From: Nitrospirota bacterium
Lineage (GTDB): Bacteria; Nitrospirota; UBA9217
NCBI GenBank assembly: GCA_963751455.1
Contig: CAVVUN010000015.1
Coordinates: 992,001-1,056,000 of the forward strand
Direction: 5' to 3'
Length of the DNA: 64,000 bases
The notes beneath the pieces were generated by a model that had not been told where the DNA came from, ran no database searches, and worked only from the letters and a program-made list of their open reading frames with translations. This document shows, one piece after another, positions 12,485 through 24,216 of the stretch (its first letter is position 1; each line of letters starts with the position of its first letter). The translations under genes and the position numbers were made by a program.

Positions 12485-13033
12485 ATGTCGAGGGTTGGTA
12501 GAAAACCTATAGAAATGCCGTCCGGTGTAGAGGCAAAGCTGGAAACGGGAAAAATAACCGTCAAAGGCCCACTGGGAGAAATCACGCAGACTGTAAATCC
12601 GAAGCTCACGATCAAGAAGGAAAACAATCAGCTTCTGATTTTGCGGCCTTCTGACCAGAAGATTTACCGCGAGCTCCATGGGCTGACCAGAAACCTGGTT
12701 GCAAACATGGTACTTGGCGTCAGCAAAGGATTTCAAAAAACGTTGGACATCTCCGGCGTCGGTTTCAAAGCCGCTGCGCAGGGGACGAATCTGATGCTCA
12801 GCCTCGGATTCTCCCATCCGATCGTATATCCGTTACCCAAGGGCGTCAAGGCGACCGTCGATGCCAAGCAGACGCAAATAACCCTGAAGAGCGTCGACAA
12901 GCAGTTGGTCGGCCAGATAGCGGCTAATTTGAGAAGCCTGAAAAAGCCTGAGCCATATAAAGGCAAGGGTATCAAGTATAGTAACGAGGTTATACAGCGC
13001 AAGGAAGGCAAGGCCGGAAAGGGCGGAAAGTAA
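12485..13033 (+). CDS. rplF: 50S ribosomal protein L6
   Basis: MSRVGRKP, PEPYKGKGI. Confidence 0.99.
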   Translation: MSRVGRKPIEMPSGVEAKLETGKITVKGPLGEITQTVNPKLTIKKENNQLLILRPSDQKIYRELHGLTRNLVANMVLGVSKGFQKTLDISGVGFKAAAQGTNLMLSLGFSHPIVYPLPKGVKATVDAKQTQITLKSVDKQLVGQIAANLRSLKKPEPYKGKGIKYSNEVIQRKEGKAGKGGK

Positions 13034-13111
13034 GAAAGTTAATGCTGATAGTTCATCGCAATCTTTTGACACAAGCTAGAGCATAAGTTGATTTGATGGG
13101 AGAGTGAAATT

Positions 13112-13474
13112 GTGGCACACACCAAAGTTAAAGCCAGACAGAAACGGCATGCAAGAATAAGAAGAAAGGTGTTCGGCACGCCCGCCAAACCCCGCTTGAG
13201 CGTCTATAAGAGCTTGAGCCATATCTATGTGCAGCTGATAGACGACACCAGCGGCAGGACGATCATCGCAGCGTCCTCGGCGGAGAAGGCGGTCGCGACA
13301 GGTATGAAGCACTGCGGCAACGTAGAGGCCGCAAAAAAGGTGGGTGCCAGCATAGCAGAGCGGGCGGTGGACAAAAATATTAAAGATGTAGTTTTTGACA
13401 GGGGTGGATATCAATACCACGGGTGTGTAAAGGCGCTTGCCGAGGCTGCCCGTGAAAAAGGTTTGAAGTTCTAA
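13112..13474 (+). CDS. rplR: 50S ribosomal protein L18
   Basis: [12 protein letters not shown]. Confidence 0.98.
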   Translation: MAHTKVKARQKRHARIRRKVFGTPAKPRLSVYKSLSHIYVQLIDDTSGRTIIAASSAEKAVATGMKHCGNVEAAKKVGASIAERAVDKNIKDVVFDRGGYQYHGCVKALAEAAREKGLKF

Positions 13475-13538
13475 GGAAACCCGGCATTTTTGCCATAAAT
13501 GAATTTGTTGTTTAACAGGGTTAATTTCGGAGGCGGCA

Positions 13539-14048
13539 TTGGCAGAGCGATATAAAAAAGACGCAGAAGAAGGCGACGGCCTTAAAGATAAACTGGTCTA
13601 CCTGAACCGGGTGGCCAAGGTGGTCAAAGGCGGTAAGCGCTTCAACTTTACCGCTCTCGTAGTCGTCGGCGATGGCAAAGGTAAAATCGGCGTCGGCAAA
13701 GGAAAGGCAGCCGAGGCGCCCGTGGCAATCAAAAAAGCAGTGGAGCGGGCAAAGAAAAATATGGTCCTCGTTTCCTTAAAGGGAGACACGATCCCGCACG
13801 AAGTGCTTGGGCACTATGGGGCCGGCAAGGTTTTGTTGAAACCGGCATCGGAAGGTACCGGATTGATTGCGGGCGGCGCCAGCCGGTCGGTGCTGGAAGT
13901 AGTCGGCGTCCGAAACGTATTGTGCAAATCCCTCGGCTCGAGCAACCCGCACAACGTTGTCAGCGCGACCATCAAGGGATTGACCAGTTTGAGAAGCGCC
14001 GAACAGGTAGCAGCACTGCGCGGCAGATCGGTGGAGGAGCTTGGCTAA
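13539..14048 (+). CDS. rpsE: 30S ribosomal protein S5
   Basis: [13 protein letters not shown]; TTG start. Confidence 0.98.
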   Translation: MAERYKKDAEEGDGLKDKLVYLNRVAKVVKGGKRFNFTALVVVGDGKGKIGVGKGKAAEAPVAIKKAVERAKKNMVLVSLKGDTIPHEVLGHYGAGKVLLKPASEGTGLIAGGASRSVLEVVGVRNVLCKSLGSSNPHNVVSATIKGLTSLRSAEQVAALRGRSVEELG

Positions 14049-14242
14049 TGGCGAAATCCGACGCAAAAAAAATAAAAATTACGCTCGTAAAAAGCGGGAT
14101 CGCCAGGCCCGGGAAGCACAAGGTTGTTTTAATCGGACTCGGTCTTAAAAAACTCAATCATTTCGTGGTTCGTCTGGATACGCCGGAAATCCGGGGCATG
14201 ATTAACAAAGTTTCGCACCTCGTAAACGTTGAAGAAGCGTAA
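14048..14242 (+). CDS. rpmD: 50S ribosomal protein L30
   Basis: IKITLVKS...LGL...[11 protein letters not shown]; ATG overlaps the rpsE stop. Confidence 0.96.
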   Translation: MAKSDAKKIKITLVKSGIARPGKHKVVLIGLGLKKLNHFVVRLDTPEIRGMINKVSHLVNVEEA

Positions 14243-14278
14243 TATAAAAAACTTCAGAATGACGGTTGTGATAAAACT

Positions 14279-14719
14279 ATGAGACTAGAAGAACTGAAGC
14301 CCGCAGAAGGGGCAACAAAAAAAGCAAAAAGGGTCGGCAGGGGAGTCGGTTCAGGATCCGGCAAGACTGCGGGAAAAGGTCATAAAGGCCAGAAGGCACG
14401 ATCCGGCGGTGTGAAGGGCGCGGGTTTTGAAGGCGGGCAAATGCCGCTTCAGCGCAGAATACCGAAAAGAGGATTTACAAACATATTCCGGAAGGAATAT
14501 GCAATTTTGAATCTTGACGACCTCGCAAAGCTTGCAGGTTCCGATGCGGTAACGCCCGAGATGCTTCTTGAGAAGGGTTTGATTGACGATATGAAGAGCG
14601 GGCTGAAAATTCTAGGTATGGGGGAATTGAAGACAAAGCTTACCGTGCGTGCACACAAGTTCAGCAAGAGCGCCGTACAAAAAATCGAGGCTGCAGGCGG
14701 AAAGGCAGAGGTGATTTAA
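14279..14719 (+). CDS. rplO: 50S ribosomal protein L15
   Basis: [18 protein letters not shown]. Confidence 0.99.
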   Translation: MRLEELKPAEGATKKAKRVGRGVGSGSGKTAGKGHKGQKARSGGVKGAGFEGGQMPLQRRIPKRGFTNIFRKEYAILNLDDLAKLAGSDAVTPEMLLEKGLIDDMKSGLKILGMGELKTKLTVRAHKFSKSAVQKIEAAGGKAEVI

Positions 14720-14722
14720 CTC

Positions 14723-16021
14723 GTGTTCTCCGCTCTCAAGAATATATTCAACATCCCCGAGCTCAGAAAGCGGGTTATTTTCACGCTATTGATGATGGCG
14801 GTGTACCGCGTTGGCGCGCATATCCCGACGCCCGGAATCAAGGGCGAAGCCCTCAGTCAATATCTGCACCAGGCAGCTTCCGGCCTGATGGGTTTTTTTG
14901 ACATGTTTTCCGGCGGAGCATTGTCCCGAGTGACGATTTTTGCGCTTGGCATTATGCCCTATATAACTGCCTCCATTGTGCTGCAGCTTTTGACTGTCGT
15001 GATACCCCGGCTTCAGGCCCTGGCTAAAGAAGGTGAGGCGGGCAGAAAAAAGATCACAGAATATACACGGTACGGAACGGTTCTGATTTCCGGTTTCCAG
15101 TCCTTCTGGATGGCGGTAGGTATCGAAAAGATGGGAGATGGAGCGTTTGTGGATGCTCCGGGATGGTCGTTCCGCATTCTTACGATGATTACTCTTACCG
15201 CGGGCACAACCTTCATTATGTGGCTGGGTGAACAGATTACCGAGCGCGGCATCGGCAACGGTATTTCGCTTATTATTTTTGCCGGAATTGTCGCGGGGTT
15301 TCCCAGTGCGGTGCAGAATACCATCGGGCTGGTTCGTTCCGGCGAAATTTCGTATTTTATGGTTTTTCTGATCATGGGGCTGATCATCGCCGTTGTTGCA
15401 GCGATCATTATTATGGAGCGCGGCCAGAGAAAAATTGCTGTCCAATATGCGCAAAGAATGGTCGGCAGGAAAATTTATAAAGGGCAGAGCACACACTTGC
15501 CGCTCAAGATTAATTCTGCGGGTGTCATTCCGCCGATATTCGCATCATCCATACTGCTGTTCCCGGCCACTATTGCCGGGTTCGCACAGGTAGAGTGGAT
15601 CCAGTCAATCGCAAAGCAGCTTTCACCCGGACAAGTCCTCTACACGACTGTATATGTGGCAATGATCATATTCTTTGCCTATTTTTATACAGCGATCGTT
15701 TTTAATCCGGTAGACATTGCCGAGAATTTGAAAAAATACGGAGGTTTCATCCCTGGAATCAGGCCGGGCAAAAAAACCTCAGATTATCTGTACCGTGTTT
15801 TAACGCGCATTACCCTGGGTGGAGCGCTTTATCTGTCGGCGGTCTGTGTGCTCCCCGACATATTTTACAAAGCGTTTAACGTTCCGTTTTATTTCGGCGG
15901 CACATCGCTGCTTATCGTAATAGGCGTGGCACTCGATACCGTTTCTCAGATCGAGTCCCATTTGATCCAGCGGCATTACGGAGGTTTCCTGAAGGGCGTT
16001 TCAGTCAAGGGTAGACGGTGA
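14723..16021 (+). CDS. secY: Preprotein translocase subunit SecY
   Basis: Multi-TM profile; GIGNGISLIIF, IPGIRPG, FGGTSLLI. Confidence 0.99.
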   Translation: MFSALKNIFNIPELRKRVIFTLLMMAVYRVGAHIPTPGIKGEALSQYLHQAASGLMGFFDMFSGGALSRVTIFALGIMPYITASIVLQLLTVVIPRLQALAKEGEAGRKKITEYTRYGTVLISGFQSFWMAVGIEKMGDGAFVDAPGWSFRILTMITLTAGTTFIMWLGEQITERGIGNGISLIIFAGIVAGFPSAVQNTIGLVRSGEISYFMVFLIMGLIIAVVAAIIIMERGQRKIAVQYAQRMVGRKIYKGQSTHLPLKINSAGVIPPIFASSILLFPATIAGFAQVEWIQSIAKQLSPGQVLYTTVYVAMIIFFAYFYTAIVFNPVDIAENLKKYGGFIPGIRPGKKTSDYLYRVLTRITLGGALYLSAVCVLPDIFYKAFNVPFYFGGTSLLIVIGVALDTVSQIESHLIQRHYGGFLKGVSVKGRR

Positions 16022-16036
16022 CATAGGTCCTGTCCC

Positions 16037-16786
16037 ATGATTATTCTTAAGTCCCATCAGGAGATTGAAAAAATACGCAGTGCGTGCCTGGTTGTTGCAA
16101 CTGTGCTTGAAGATATCCGCGATATTATCAAGCCCGGCGTAACCACGCAGGCCCTCGACGAATTTGCCGAGAAGATAATTGTTTCCTCGGGAGCAACGCC
16201 GGCTTTCAAGGGTTACCGCGGCTACCCGAAGACGCTCTGTACGTCGCTCAATGATCAGGTCGTCCACGGAATTCCCTCAAGAAATGTAGTTCTCAAAGAG
16301 GGAGACATCTTAAGCGTGGATGTCGGCGCCATTGTCGAGGGATTTTTCGGCGATGCAGCAATGACCTTTCCGGTAGGGACGGTTCGGCCGGAAGCCGCGC
16401 GGTTGATCCAGATAACGGAAGAAGCACTGCGGAAGGGTATTGCCGAGGCAAAGCAAGGGAACAGGTTGTTTGACATCTCCAGTGCGGTTCAGAAACATGT
16501 GGAAGCAAACAGGTACTCGGTGGTAAGGGAATTTGTCGGTCACGGGATCGGAAGAAATATGCACGAAGATCCGCAGATTCCCAACTTCGGAGAACCCGGA
16601 CACGGCCCCAGGATAAAGTCTGGAATGGTCTTTGCGATTGAACCGATGGTAAATATGGGCAATAGCCCTACAATCGTATTGGAGGACGGATGGACTGCGG
16701 TGACCGTAGACGGCAGTCTTTCAGCCCACTTTGAGCATACGGTCGCAGTGATGCCTGAAGGACCATGGATACTGACTCGGAAATAA
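16037..16786 (+). CDS. map: Methionine aminopeptidase type I
   Basis: VHGIP, GHGIG, AIEPM, SAHFEHT. Confidence 0.98.
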   Translation: MIILKSHQEIEKIRSACLVVATVLEDIRDIIKPGVTTQALDEFAEKIIVSSGATPAFKGYRGYPKTLCTSLNDQVVHGIPSRNVVLKEGDILSVDVGAIVEGFFGDAAMTFPVGTVRPEAARLIQITEEALRKGIAEAKQGNRLFDISSAVQKHVEANRYSVVREFVGHGIGRNMHEDPQIPNFGEPGHGPRIKSGMVFAIEPMVNMGNSPTIVLEDGWTAVTVDGSLSAHFEHTVAVMPEGPWILTRK

Positions 16787-16805
16787 CCATCAGATTAGAG
16801 ACGAT

Positions 16806-17024
16806 ATGGCGAAGGAAGATTCAATAGAAGTACAAGGCACGGTTCTTGAAACACTGCCGAATGCGATGTTTCGCGTCGAAATAGAAAACGGCCATAAGAT
16901 TCTTGCTCATATATCCGGTAAAATGCGAATGCATTTCATAAAGATATTACCGGGAGACAAAGTTACGGTGGAACTTACCCCGTATGACCTTACGCGAGGC
17001 AGAATTACATACCGCTTCAAATAA
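16806..17024 (+). CDS. infA: Translation initiation factor IF-1
   Basis: [25 protein letters not shown]. Confidence 0.99.
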   Translation: MAKEDSIEVQGTVLETLPNAMFRVEIENGHKILAHISGKMRMHFIKILPGDKVTVELTPYDLTRGRITYRFK

Positions 17025-17061
17025 CAGAGAGGTTTATAACCTCAACAGAATGGAATTACCC

Positions 17062-17175
17062 ATGAAAGTTCGCTCATCAGTACGAAAAATTTGTCCGAAA
17101 TGCTCTATCATCCGCCGCAAAGGAATTGTGCGCGTTATCTGTGAAAATGCGCGCCATAAGCAGCGCCAGGGTTAG
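17062..17175 (+). CDS. rpmJ: 50S ribosomal protein L36
   Basis: [14 protein letters not shown]...HKQRQG, 37 aa. Confidence 0.98.
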   Translation: MKVRSSVRKICPKCSIIRRKGIVRVICENARHKQRQG

Positions 17176-17297
17176 GGAAGGACGACTGATTCATTGTAAA
17201 GTGCAAATTGGAAATTGAAATTGTGAAACGAAAATTTGCAATTTAAACTTTACAATTTTTATTATGCAATTCTCGCGAAGCGAGAAATGGAGGAACT

Positions 17298-17690
17298 GTG
17301 GCACGAATTGCCGGTGTTGATCTACCGAAAGATAAAAAGATAGAAATCGGTCTGACCTATATTTATGGTATAGGTCCGGCATCAGCGAAAAAGATACTTG
17401 CTGAAGCAGGAGTCGACCCTGCTACGAAAAGCGGGAGCATTACCGAATCGGATATTGTTAAAATCCGCGCCATTCTCGATCGTAATTATACAATCGAAGG
17501 AGACCTTCGCAGAGACGTAACAATGAACATCAAGCGCTTGATGGATATCGGCAGTTACCGGGGGCTGCGGCATCGCAGGGGCTTGCCTGCCCGGGGACAG
17601 CGAACCAAAACAAACGCGAGAACAAGAAAAGGTCCGAAGAAATCGGCGATGTCAGGTAGAGGCAAGAAAAAAGGAATGTCAAAGAAGTAA
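17298..17690 (+). CDS. rpsM: 30S ribosomal protein S13
   Basis: [23 protein letters not shown]. Confidence 0.99.
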   Translation: MARIAGVDLPKDKKIEIGLTYIYGIGPASAKKILAEAGVDPATKSGSITESDIVKIRAILDRNYTIEGDLRRDVTMNIKRLMDIGSYRGLRHRRGLPARGQRTKTNARTRKGPKKSAMSGRGKKKGMSKK

Positions 17691-17734
17691 GATGGGACAG
17701 CTAAACACGAATTCCACGTGTTTCTCAAGGAGGA

Positions 17735-18112
17735 ATGATGGCCAAGAAGGGTAAAGAGAGAAAGAACGTGGCCAACGGTATTGCGCATATTCATGCATCG
17801 TTCAATAATACGATCGTGACGATCACGGACACAGCAGGAAATGTTATTACGTGGTCGAGCGCCGGCAATAAAGGGTTTAAGGGGTCGCGCAAGAGTACGC
17901 CGTTCGCCTCTCAGCTGGCCGCAGAATCAGCAGCCAAGAAAGCCATGGAGCACGGCATGAGACAGGTGGAAGTGTATGTAAAAGGCCCTGGGACCGGTCG
18001 GGAATCGGCAATCCGCTCCATCCAGGCTGCCGGACTCGAAATTGTGGCGATCAAGGACGTAACTCCTATCCCTCATAACGGGTGCAGGCCGCCGAAACGA
18101 AGAAGGGTGTAG
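17735..18112 (+). CDS. rpsK: 30S ribosomal protein S11
   Basis: [18 protein letters not shown]. Confidence 0.99.
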   Translation: MMAKKGKERKNVANGIAHIHASFNNTIVTITDTAGNVITWSSAGNKGFKGSRKSTPFASQLAAESAAKKAMEHGMRQVEVYVKGPGTGRESAIRSIQAAGLEIVAIKDVTPIPHNGCRPPKRRRV

Positions 18113-18186
18113 GCATTGAATTAAAGTTTATATAAGAAAATTGATTAACATTTTCAATTTTTCAAAGCGAGAAACGGAGGAAACAC

Positions 18187-18816
18187 TTGGCACGGTATAT
18201 AGGATCGGTCTGCAAGCTCTGCAGAAGAGAGGGCATCAAACTCTTTTTGAAGGCCGAGCGTTGCTTTACAGATAAATGCGCGGTCACCAGGCGCAGCTAT
18301 CCTCCCGGACAGCATGGCCAGGGCAGGATTAAACAGTCGGAATACAGCTTGCAGCTTAGAGAAAAGCAGAAAATTAGGCGTATTTACGGTGTGCTTGAAC
18401 GTCAATTTCGCGGATATTTTGAGAAGGCTGAACGCATGAAAGGCGTAACCGGCGATAATCTGCTTCAGCTCCTTGAGAGAAGACTTGATAGTGTCGTACA
18501 GCGGATGGGTTTTGCCGGTGCTAAGAAAGAGGCGCGCCAGCTGGTACGGCATGGGCATATGCTTGTGAACGGGAGAAAAGTTAACATTCCTTCCTATCTG
18601 CTTAAGGCCGGCGATGTCGTGGAATTGCGTGAAAAAAGCAGGAGCATCGCACTGATACAGCAGAGTTTGGCCGCAGTAGAGAAGCGCGGCTTCCCCTCAT
18701 GGCTTGAAATCGATAAGTCTCTGTTCAAGGGCAGAGTGGTGGCATTGCCGGCCAGGGATGAATCGACCATGCCGACGGTCAAAGAGCAGTTGGTGGTCGA
18801 ACTCTACTCAAAGTAA
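18187..18816 (+). CDS. rpsD: 30S ribosomal protein S4
   Basis: PPGQHG, LERRLD, VVELYSK. Confidence 0.99.
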   Translation: MARYIGSVCKLCRREGIKLFLKAERCFTDKCAVTRRSYPPGQHGQGRIKQSEYSLQLREKQKIRRIYGVLERQFRGYFEKAERMKGVTGDNLLQLLERRLDSVVQRMGFAGAKKEARQLVRHGHMLVNGRKVNIPSYLLKAGDVVELREKSRSIALIQQSLAAVEKRGFPSWLEIDKSLFKGRVVALPARDESTMPTVKEQLVVELYSK

Positions 18817-18927
18817 TCTGGTAATTATTCCGTAATTATCGAGACTGACTATCTTAGCCTGGTTACATACATAGCCGGCGAAGAATCGGTTTCTTAATAA
18901 GTTCTTTCACTCCGCTATGGAGGAAAC

Positions 18928-19950
18928 ATGCTCAAAAAAGCCAAAGATTTTCAGATGCCAAAAAAACTTCAATATGACCCAAAAAAAATATCGGATACGT
19001 ACGGAAAATTTGTTGCAGAGCCGCTTGAGCGTGGGTTCGGGACGACTTTGGGCAATTCTTTGCGCAGGGTTTTGCTGTCGTCACTTGAAGGTTCCGCCAT
19101 CACTTCATTGAAGATTTCGGGAGTTCAGCACGAATTTTCGAGCATCCCGGGGGTGATTGAGGATACTACCGATTTAATTCTGAACTTGAAAGAAATCAGG
19201 CTGAAACTGCATACGGACAAGCCGAAGACGCTGTTACTGAAGGGCAAAGGGCCGGGGCCGGTCACTGCAAAAGAAATTGAAGCAGATGCAGAGGTAGAAA
19301 TTCTTAACCCTGACCTTCATCTTGCGACAATTGATAAGAACGGCAAACTGGAAGTTGAGATGCGTGCCCGGCGCGGCCGGGGTTATGTCGCATCGGACAA
19401 GAACAAGGAACCGGGACAACCGATCGGTGTAATTCCGATCGATTCTATTTTCTCCCCGATCAGAAAAGTAAACTTTAAGGTCGAGAACGCAAGGGTCGGC
19501 CAGGATACGGACTACGATAAGCTTGTTCTCGAAGTTTGGACCGATGGGAGTATTCGCCCTGATGATGCAGTTGCGCATGCATCGAAGCTTTTAAAGGACC
19601 ATCTTTCTATTTTCATACACCTGCCCGAGGAAGAAGAAGAGGCGCCTGCCATCGAGGAGGAGATCAAGAAGGTTCCCTCATTCAACGAAAATCTGCTTCG
19701 CAGCGTCAATGAACTGGAGCTTTCCGTCCGCGCGGCAAACTGCTTGAAAAACGCCGGGATTGAAACAATCGCGGAAATGGTGCAGAAGACAGAAAGCGAA
19801 ATGCTCAAGACTAAAAACTTTGGAAGAAAGTCCCTGAATGAGATCAAAGAGATTCTTGCTGAAATGGGGCTTTCTCTGGGGATGAAGGTCGACGATAAAA
19901 TTGTAACCGAGGCCAGAAGACTTCTGGCTGAAAAGCCGACAGAGGCTTAA
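18928..19950 (+). CDS. rpoA: RNA polymerase alpha subunit
   Basis: [27 protein letters not shown]. Confidence 0.99.
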   Translation: MLKKAKDFQMPKKLQYDPKKISDTYGKFVAEPLERGFGTTLGNSLRRVLLSSLEGSAITSLKISGVQHEFSSIPGVIEDTTDLILNLKEIRLKLHTDKPKTLLLKGKGPGPVTAKEIEADAEVEILNPDLHLATIDKNGKLEVEMRARRGRGYVASDKNKEPGQPIGVIPIDSIFSPIRKVNFKVENARVGQDTDYDKLVLEVWTDGSIRPDDAVAHASKLLKDHLSIFIHLPEEEEEAPAIEEEIKKVPSFNENLLRSVNELELSVRAANCLKNAGIETIAEMVQKTESEMLKTKNFGRKSLNEIKEILAEMGLSLGMKVDDKIVTEARRLLAEKPTEA

Positions 19951-19978
19951 TCAATAACCGCAGGATGAAGGTAACGAT

Positions 19979-20389
19979 ATGAGACATGGTTGTGCAGGCA
20001 GACAGTTTGGCAGAGATACGAGCCATCGAAAGGCGCTCCTCAGGATGCTCGTAAAATCGCTGTTGAAGAACGAAAAGATTGAGACGACGATAGCGAAGGC
20101 CAAGGAAATACGGCCTCTGGCTGAGAAAATGATCACGCTTGCCAAACGAGGTGATCTGCATGCCAGGCGCCAGGCGCTGAGTTTTATCAACGACGAGATA
20201 GTAGTAACGGGCTTATTTACGAAAATCGGGCCCCGTTTTGCTTCCCGAAGCGGCGGCTATACGAGGATCGTGCAGACCCGAACACGAGCCGGTGATGCAG
20301 CCTCGATGGCGGTTATTGAGCTTTTAGATCGAGAGAAAAAAGAATCCCCTGCTGATAAAGGAAAGGGAAAACCAAAACCGTCCTCTTAA
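19979..20389 (+). CDS. rplQ: 50S ribosomal protein L17
   Basis: [20 protein letters not shown]. Confidence 0.98.
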   Translation: MRHGCAGRQFGRDTSHRKALLRMLVKSLLKNEKIETTIAKAKEIRPLAEKMITLAKRGDLHARRQALSFINDEIVVTGLFTKIGPRFASRSGGYTRIVQTRTRAGDAASMAVIELLDREKKESPADKGKGKPKPSS

Positions 20390-20467
20390 AACAACCGGCT
20401 TTTTCGACTACATGCAGAGTGATGATGTGAACGGCTCTCGTATTCTTTTATGAATAGAGAGTTACTG

Positions 20468-20496
20468 AAGGCAAGGTTTATACCTTGCCTTTTTTA
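20468..20496 (+). terminator. Rho-independent terminator ending the ribosomal superoperon
   Basis: AAGGCAAGG-tttata-CCTTGCCTT followed by a T run. Confidence 0.8.
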
Positions 20497-20554
20497 TTGC
20501 GTTTACAGAAAGTTGCTTTTATGTTAAGATTAAATTCCCTAATCGGGTTTATCT

Positions 20555-22654
20555 ATGCCAGATAGAAAAAACATACTGTCTGTTTCCTCGCAGTACATTC
20601 GCCGCATTATAGACTGGTGGTTTACCAGTATAGCATTCAGGGTCTCCTTCTTCATGTCCGCCGCACTTACCGTCGTCGCTCTCCTGATCGGGGCATTCTT
20701 TTTCTGGCAAGGGGAAAAAGCACTCGACTCGGAGATCCGGGGCAGGGCACTTTATGTTGCAAAAGACGTGTCTGCGTCGAGCGTCGATGATATCCTTACC
20801 GTTAATAAGCTTGAGATTTATAAAAAACTCACCTCTCTCTTCACCGCGAACCAAGATTCTCCCTGGGGAAGCGATCTGCTGTATATCATGGCGTATAACC
20901 ATACCGGGGAATTGCTTATCGGAAGAAGCACTCATGATGTTTTTTTTAATAGTGACTCTTATTTTTACATGCAGCCCTCCAGCGATCGATCCTTTTTAGA
21001 TGATATATCTCTCACTCCGGAAGCGCTCAAAGTCAAAGGCCATATTTTCATAGTTCAAAAACCGGACATCTATGATTTAACGTTTCCGGTTATGACCGGA
21101 AGTGACCGAGTCGGCTTTATTCGTGTCGGGATTTCCGGACAGCGACACTCCGAAAAATTTTCTAACATCATGAAACAAGCACTAATCTCTCTTCTGGTCA
21201 TGCTTCTCATAGGCATGGCATTCAGCCAGATTATTGCCCGCGGCATAACACGGCCGATACTACGCCTGAGCGAGGCTGCAGAAAACCTGAGTCGTCAAAA
21301 TTGGGGCAGCCCGCTGCCTGTGAAAGGCAGAGACGAGATCAGCAAGCTAAGCCACGCTTTTAATCAGATGGCAATGAATCTCAATCAGCGGGAACACAGC
21401 CTGTCGCGCGGAAACAAGGATCTGTTTATTCTTCATACAGCCGGCTTGGACCTTATGGAGAGCCTTGAAATCGATACCCTGCTCCTGAAGATAGGAGCCC
21501 GCGCACAGGATCTGGTAAGGGCCGATACGACGTCGGTAGCGATCGTAGACGGGAATGAACGCGTTTTGAAGTATATAGGGGTATTGGGAAGTAAAGCAAC
21601 GTCGCTTAAGGAGATGAACATGCCGCTCGAGTCTGGCGGTATTTATAATTGGCTTGCCTGTTACGGCACACCGCTTCTCATTGCCGATGCGCAAACCGAT
21701 TTTCGGCTTGAAAAAAGCACTATGGCAGCGCTTGGCATCAATTCTCTCATGACGGTCCCCCTCTGGTCCTCAAACACTATGACCGGCCTTCTTACTGCCG
21801 TAAATAAGAAAGGCGGCGCCTGTTTTGACAAGCATGACCTTCGTCTTTTTACGGTTTTTTCCAATCTTGCCGCGGCTGCACTGCAGAATGCGTCTCTGTA
21901 TACCGATTTAACCGGAAAAATGAACGAGCTCCGAGCCGCCCAAGAACAACTGATTCACTCAACAAAGATGGCTGCAATCGGCGAACTGGCTGCAAACGTT
22001 GCCCATGAAGTCAACAATCCGTTAACGAGCGTGCTTGGTTATACGACGCATCTCCTCAAGACGCTGGATCTTCCCGAATCCGCCAAGCGAATTCTTGGCA
22101 TGATGGAACAAGAGACGCTCAGAGTGAGAAAAATAATCCGTAATCTACTCGATTTTTCTCGCCAGAAAACAGGATGGATGAGACCTTATGATATTCTACT
22201 GCCGTTAAAAGAGACGGTCGCTTTCGTGCAGGGCGCAGCGGCGGCGTCATCGGTCAAAATCACTGAAGACTATTCAGCATGCCCGACAATTGTTACTATG
22301 GACCCAAATGCGATGAAGCAGGTTTTTATCAACATTATTAATAATGCGCTGCAGGCAATGCCCGATGGCGGCGTGCTGTCTGTCCGGGCTACGACCGAAA
22401 ATGACAATCAAGTCGTGATCTCATTCCAGGATACAGGACTGGGAATATTGCCGGAAAATATGAAAAAGATATTTGAGCCTTTTTTCTCGACAAAAGAGAG
22501 CGGAGACGGAACCGGTCTTGGACTTTCGATCAGCTACAGTATTGTAAAAAATCATGGCGGCAGAATTGATGTCGAGAGCAACCTCGGCACCGGCAGCGTA
22601 TTTAAGATCTTTCTACCGCTATTTAAAAATCCGACATATGCGCTTAAACAGTAA
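20555..22654 (+). CDS. Membrane sensor histidine kinase (periplasmic domain, HAMP, GAF, HisKA, HATPase)
   Basis: Two TM segments; HAMP DEISKLSHAFN; H-box AHEVNNPL; N-box NIINNA; DTGLGI; FEPFFSTK; GTGLGL. Confidence 0.92.
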   Translation: MPDRKNILSVSSQYIRRIIDWWFTSIAFRVSFFMSAALTVVALLIGAFFFWQGEKALDSEIRGRALYVAKDVSASSVDDILTVNKLEIYKKLTSLFTANQDSPWGSDLLYIMAYNHTGELLIGRSTHDVFFNSDSYFYMQPSSDRSFLDDISLTPEALKVKGHIFIVQKPDIYDLTFPVMTGSDRVGFIRVGISGQRHSEKFSNIMKQALISLLVMLLIGMAFSQIIARGITRPILRLSEAAENLSRQNWGSPLPVKGRDEISKLSHAFNQMAMNLNQREHSLSRGNKDLFILHTAGLDLMESLEIDTLLLKIGARAQDLVRADTTSVAIVDGNERVLKYIGVLGSKATSLKEMNMPLESGGIYNWLACYGTPLLIADAQTDFRLEKSTMAALGINSLMTVPLWSSNTMTGLLTAVNKKGGACFDKHDLRLFTVFSNLAAAALQNASLYTDLTGKMNELRAAQEQLIHSTKMAAIGELAANVAHEVNNPLTSVLGYTTHLLKTLDLPESAKRILGMMEQETLRVRKIIRNLLDFSRQKTGWMRPYDILLPLKETVAFVQGAAAASSVKITEDYSACPTIVTMDPNAMKQVFINIINNALQAMPDGGVLSVRATTENDNQVVISFQDTGLGILPENMKKIFEPFFSTKESGDGTGLGLSISYSIVKNHGGRIDVESNLGTGSVFKIFLPLFKNPTYALKQ

Positions 22655-22695
22655 AGGGCGATGAACACAACGCGTGAGGTAGCTGATATAATGCA

Positions 22696-24132
22696 ATGAA
22701 AAGAAGACTACTGATAGGATTCATTTCCCCGCTGCTTATTTTTTTAATCGGAACTCTTATTGCGGCGATTTATATCACCAAGACCACTCAGCGGATGGAC
22801 CAGTTGATCCTGCTCCACCGTGTTGAGCTTTTGCGGGAAGATCTTATCATCCGTATTCAACATGTGCAATCAAATATTATTCTTAACAAAACGCGAAACC
22901 AGAGTGATGTCGATGCACTTCTCGTCCACATGCAGGAGATCGATAAGGTGATGGATTCTTGCCTCGGTTGCCATCATTCCCCTGAATTGAGCCAAGGCCT
23001 TCACGGAATGCGGGACGTGGCTAACGATTACAAGTCGGCAATCGGCGGGCTGGTTAACGCATCTGTCAAGCCGGTAATGGCCGAGGCACGGGAACGAAGG
23101 GCCCAGTATATGGGACAGGAGCTCATTACCATGGCGCAGGGAATGGCATTTACGGCGAATGTCAGACTCCAGAAAAAGACACAGGAAATGATGGCCACTT
23201 TGCGAGACGTCAGTACTGTTTTGTATGCCACGCTTTTATTTGGTTTTCTTCTTGCAATCGCGATTTCCGCTTTTTTGGCGAAAAGCTTCGACAGAAGAGT
23301 CGAGTCGCTTGTCGCGGCAATCAGGCGAATTTCGCGCGGAGAACTCGAGTATAGAATACCGAAAACGGAGAGTGCGATCAGCGGTTTTCGGGAGCTGGGA
23401 GAGGCATTTAACGAAATGGCCCGCGCATTGCGGCGGGATCAGCGACAATTGGTGCAAAGCGCAAAACTGACCGCGATTGCGGATCTGGGAGCAAGTATCG
23501 CCTATGAAGTCAATCATCCGTTGAACGCAGTTCTCGGCTATACCGGCCACTTATTAAAGTCCGATGATCTCCCAGCCGACAAAAAGGAGCAGCTTAAGAC
23601 CATAGAGCGAGAAACTTTACGGGCAACAGAAATTACCAAGAACCTTCAGAAGTTCGTGAATCGGAAACCGCTTCGTATGCAGAAGGCTGATGTTCGCGCA
23701 ATGATGCGCGAGGTCGTGGAACATGTCAAAAAGCGGCAATTGTCAAATATTAAGTGCATCATGGATTGCGCGGATCCGCTCCTTCCCGTTTCCCTTGACG
23801 CGGACCTCATGAAACAGGTCTTTCTCCATCTGGTTGACAGCAGTTTACGACAGATGCCGAACGGCGGTCTATTAACTATTCGGTGCAAATGCGAACGGGA
23901 TATGTTCGGCAGAGACTTTACGGCAATTGAGTTCACGGACAACGGGGCAGGAATTCCCGATCCTCAATTGGATAAAATATTTGACCCACTGTTCAACACT
24001 CGGCTGGAAGGAGAGGGAACCAGCCTCGCGCTTGCAATGAGTTACCTGATTGTGCAAAACCACGGTGGACGCATAGAAGTAGAAAGCAAAGTGGGCTCGG
24101 GTTCATCATTCCGCGTTATTTTGCCGATGTAA
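22696..24132 (+). CDS. Heme-c-binding sensor histidine kinase homolog with degenerate catalytic motifs (probable pseudokinase)
   Basis: Periplasmic CLGCH; HAMP; H-box AYEVNHPL; N-box HLVDSS; G2 GTSLAL. Confidence 0.85.
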   Translation: MKRRLLIGFISPLLIFLIGTLIAAIYITKTTQRMDQLILLHRVELLREDLIIRIQHVQSNIILNKTRNQSDVDALLVHMQEIDKVMDSCLGCHHSPELSQGLHGMRDVANDYKSAIGGLVNASVKPVMAEARERRAQYMGQELITMAQGMAFTANVRLQKKTQEMMATLRDVSTVLYATLLFGFLLAIAISAFLAKSFDRRVESLVAAIRRISRGELEYRIPKTESAISGFRELGEAFNEMARALRRDQRQLVQSAKLTAIADLGASIAYEVNHPLNAVLGYTGHLLKSDDLPADKKEQLKTIERETLRATEITKNLQKFVNRKPLRMQKADVRAMMREVVEHVKKRQLSNIKCIMDCADPLLPVSLDADLMKQVFLHLVDSSLRQMPNGGLLTIRCKCERDMFGRDFTAIEFTDNGAGIPDPQLDKIFDPLFNTRLEGEGTSLALAMSYLIVQNHGGRIEVESKVGSGSSFRVILPM

Positions 24133-24216
24133 CAACAGAGGTACGGATATTTAAACGTATTTCGAGGACGAGCATGTTCCGGCTTTGTCGGAGAAAGAAA
24201 AGAGTGAGGGGCAGTC

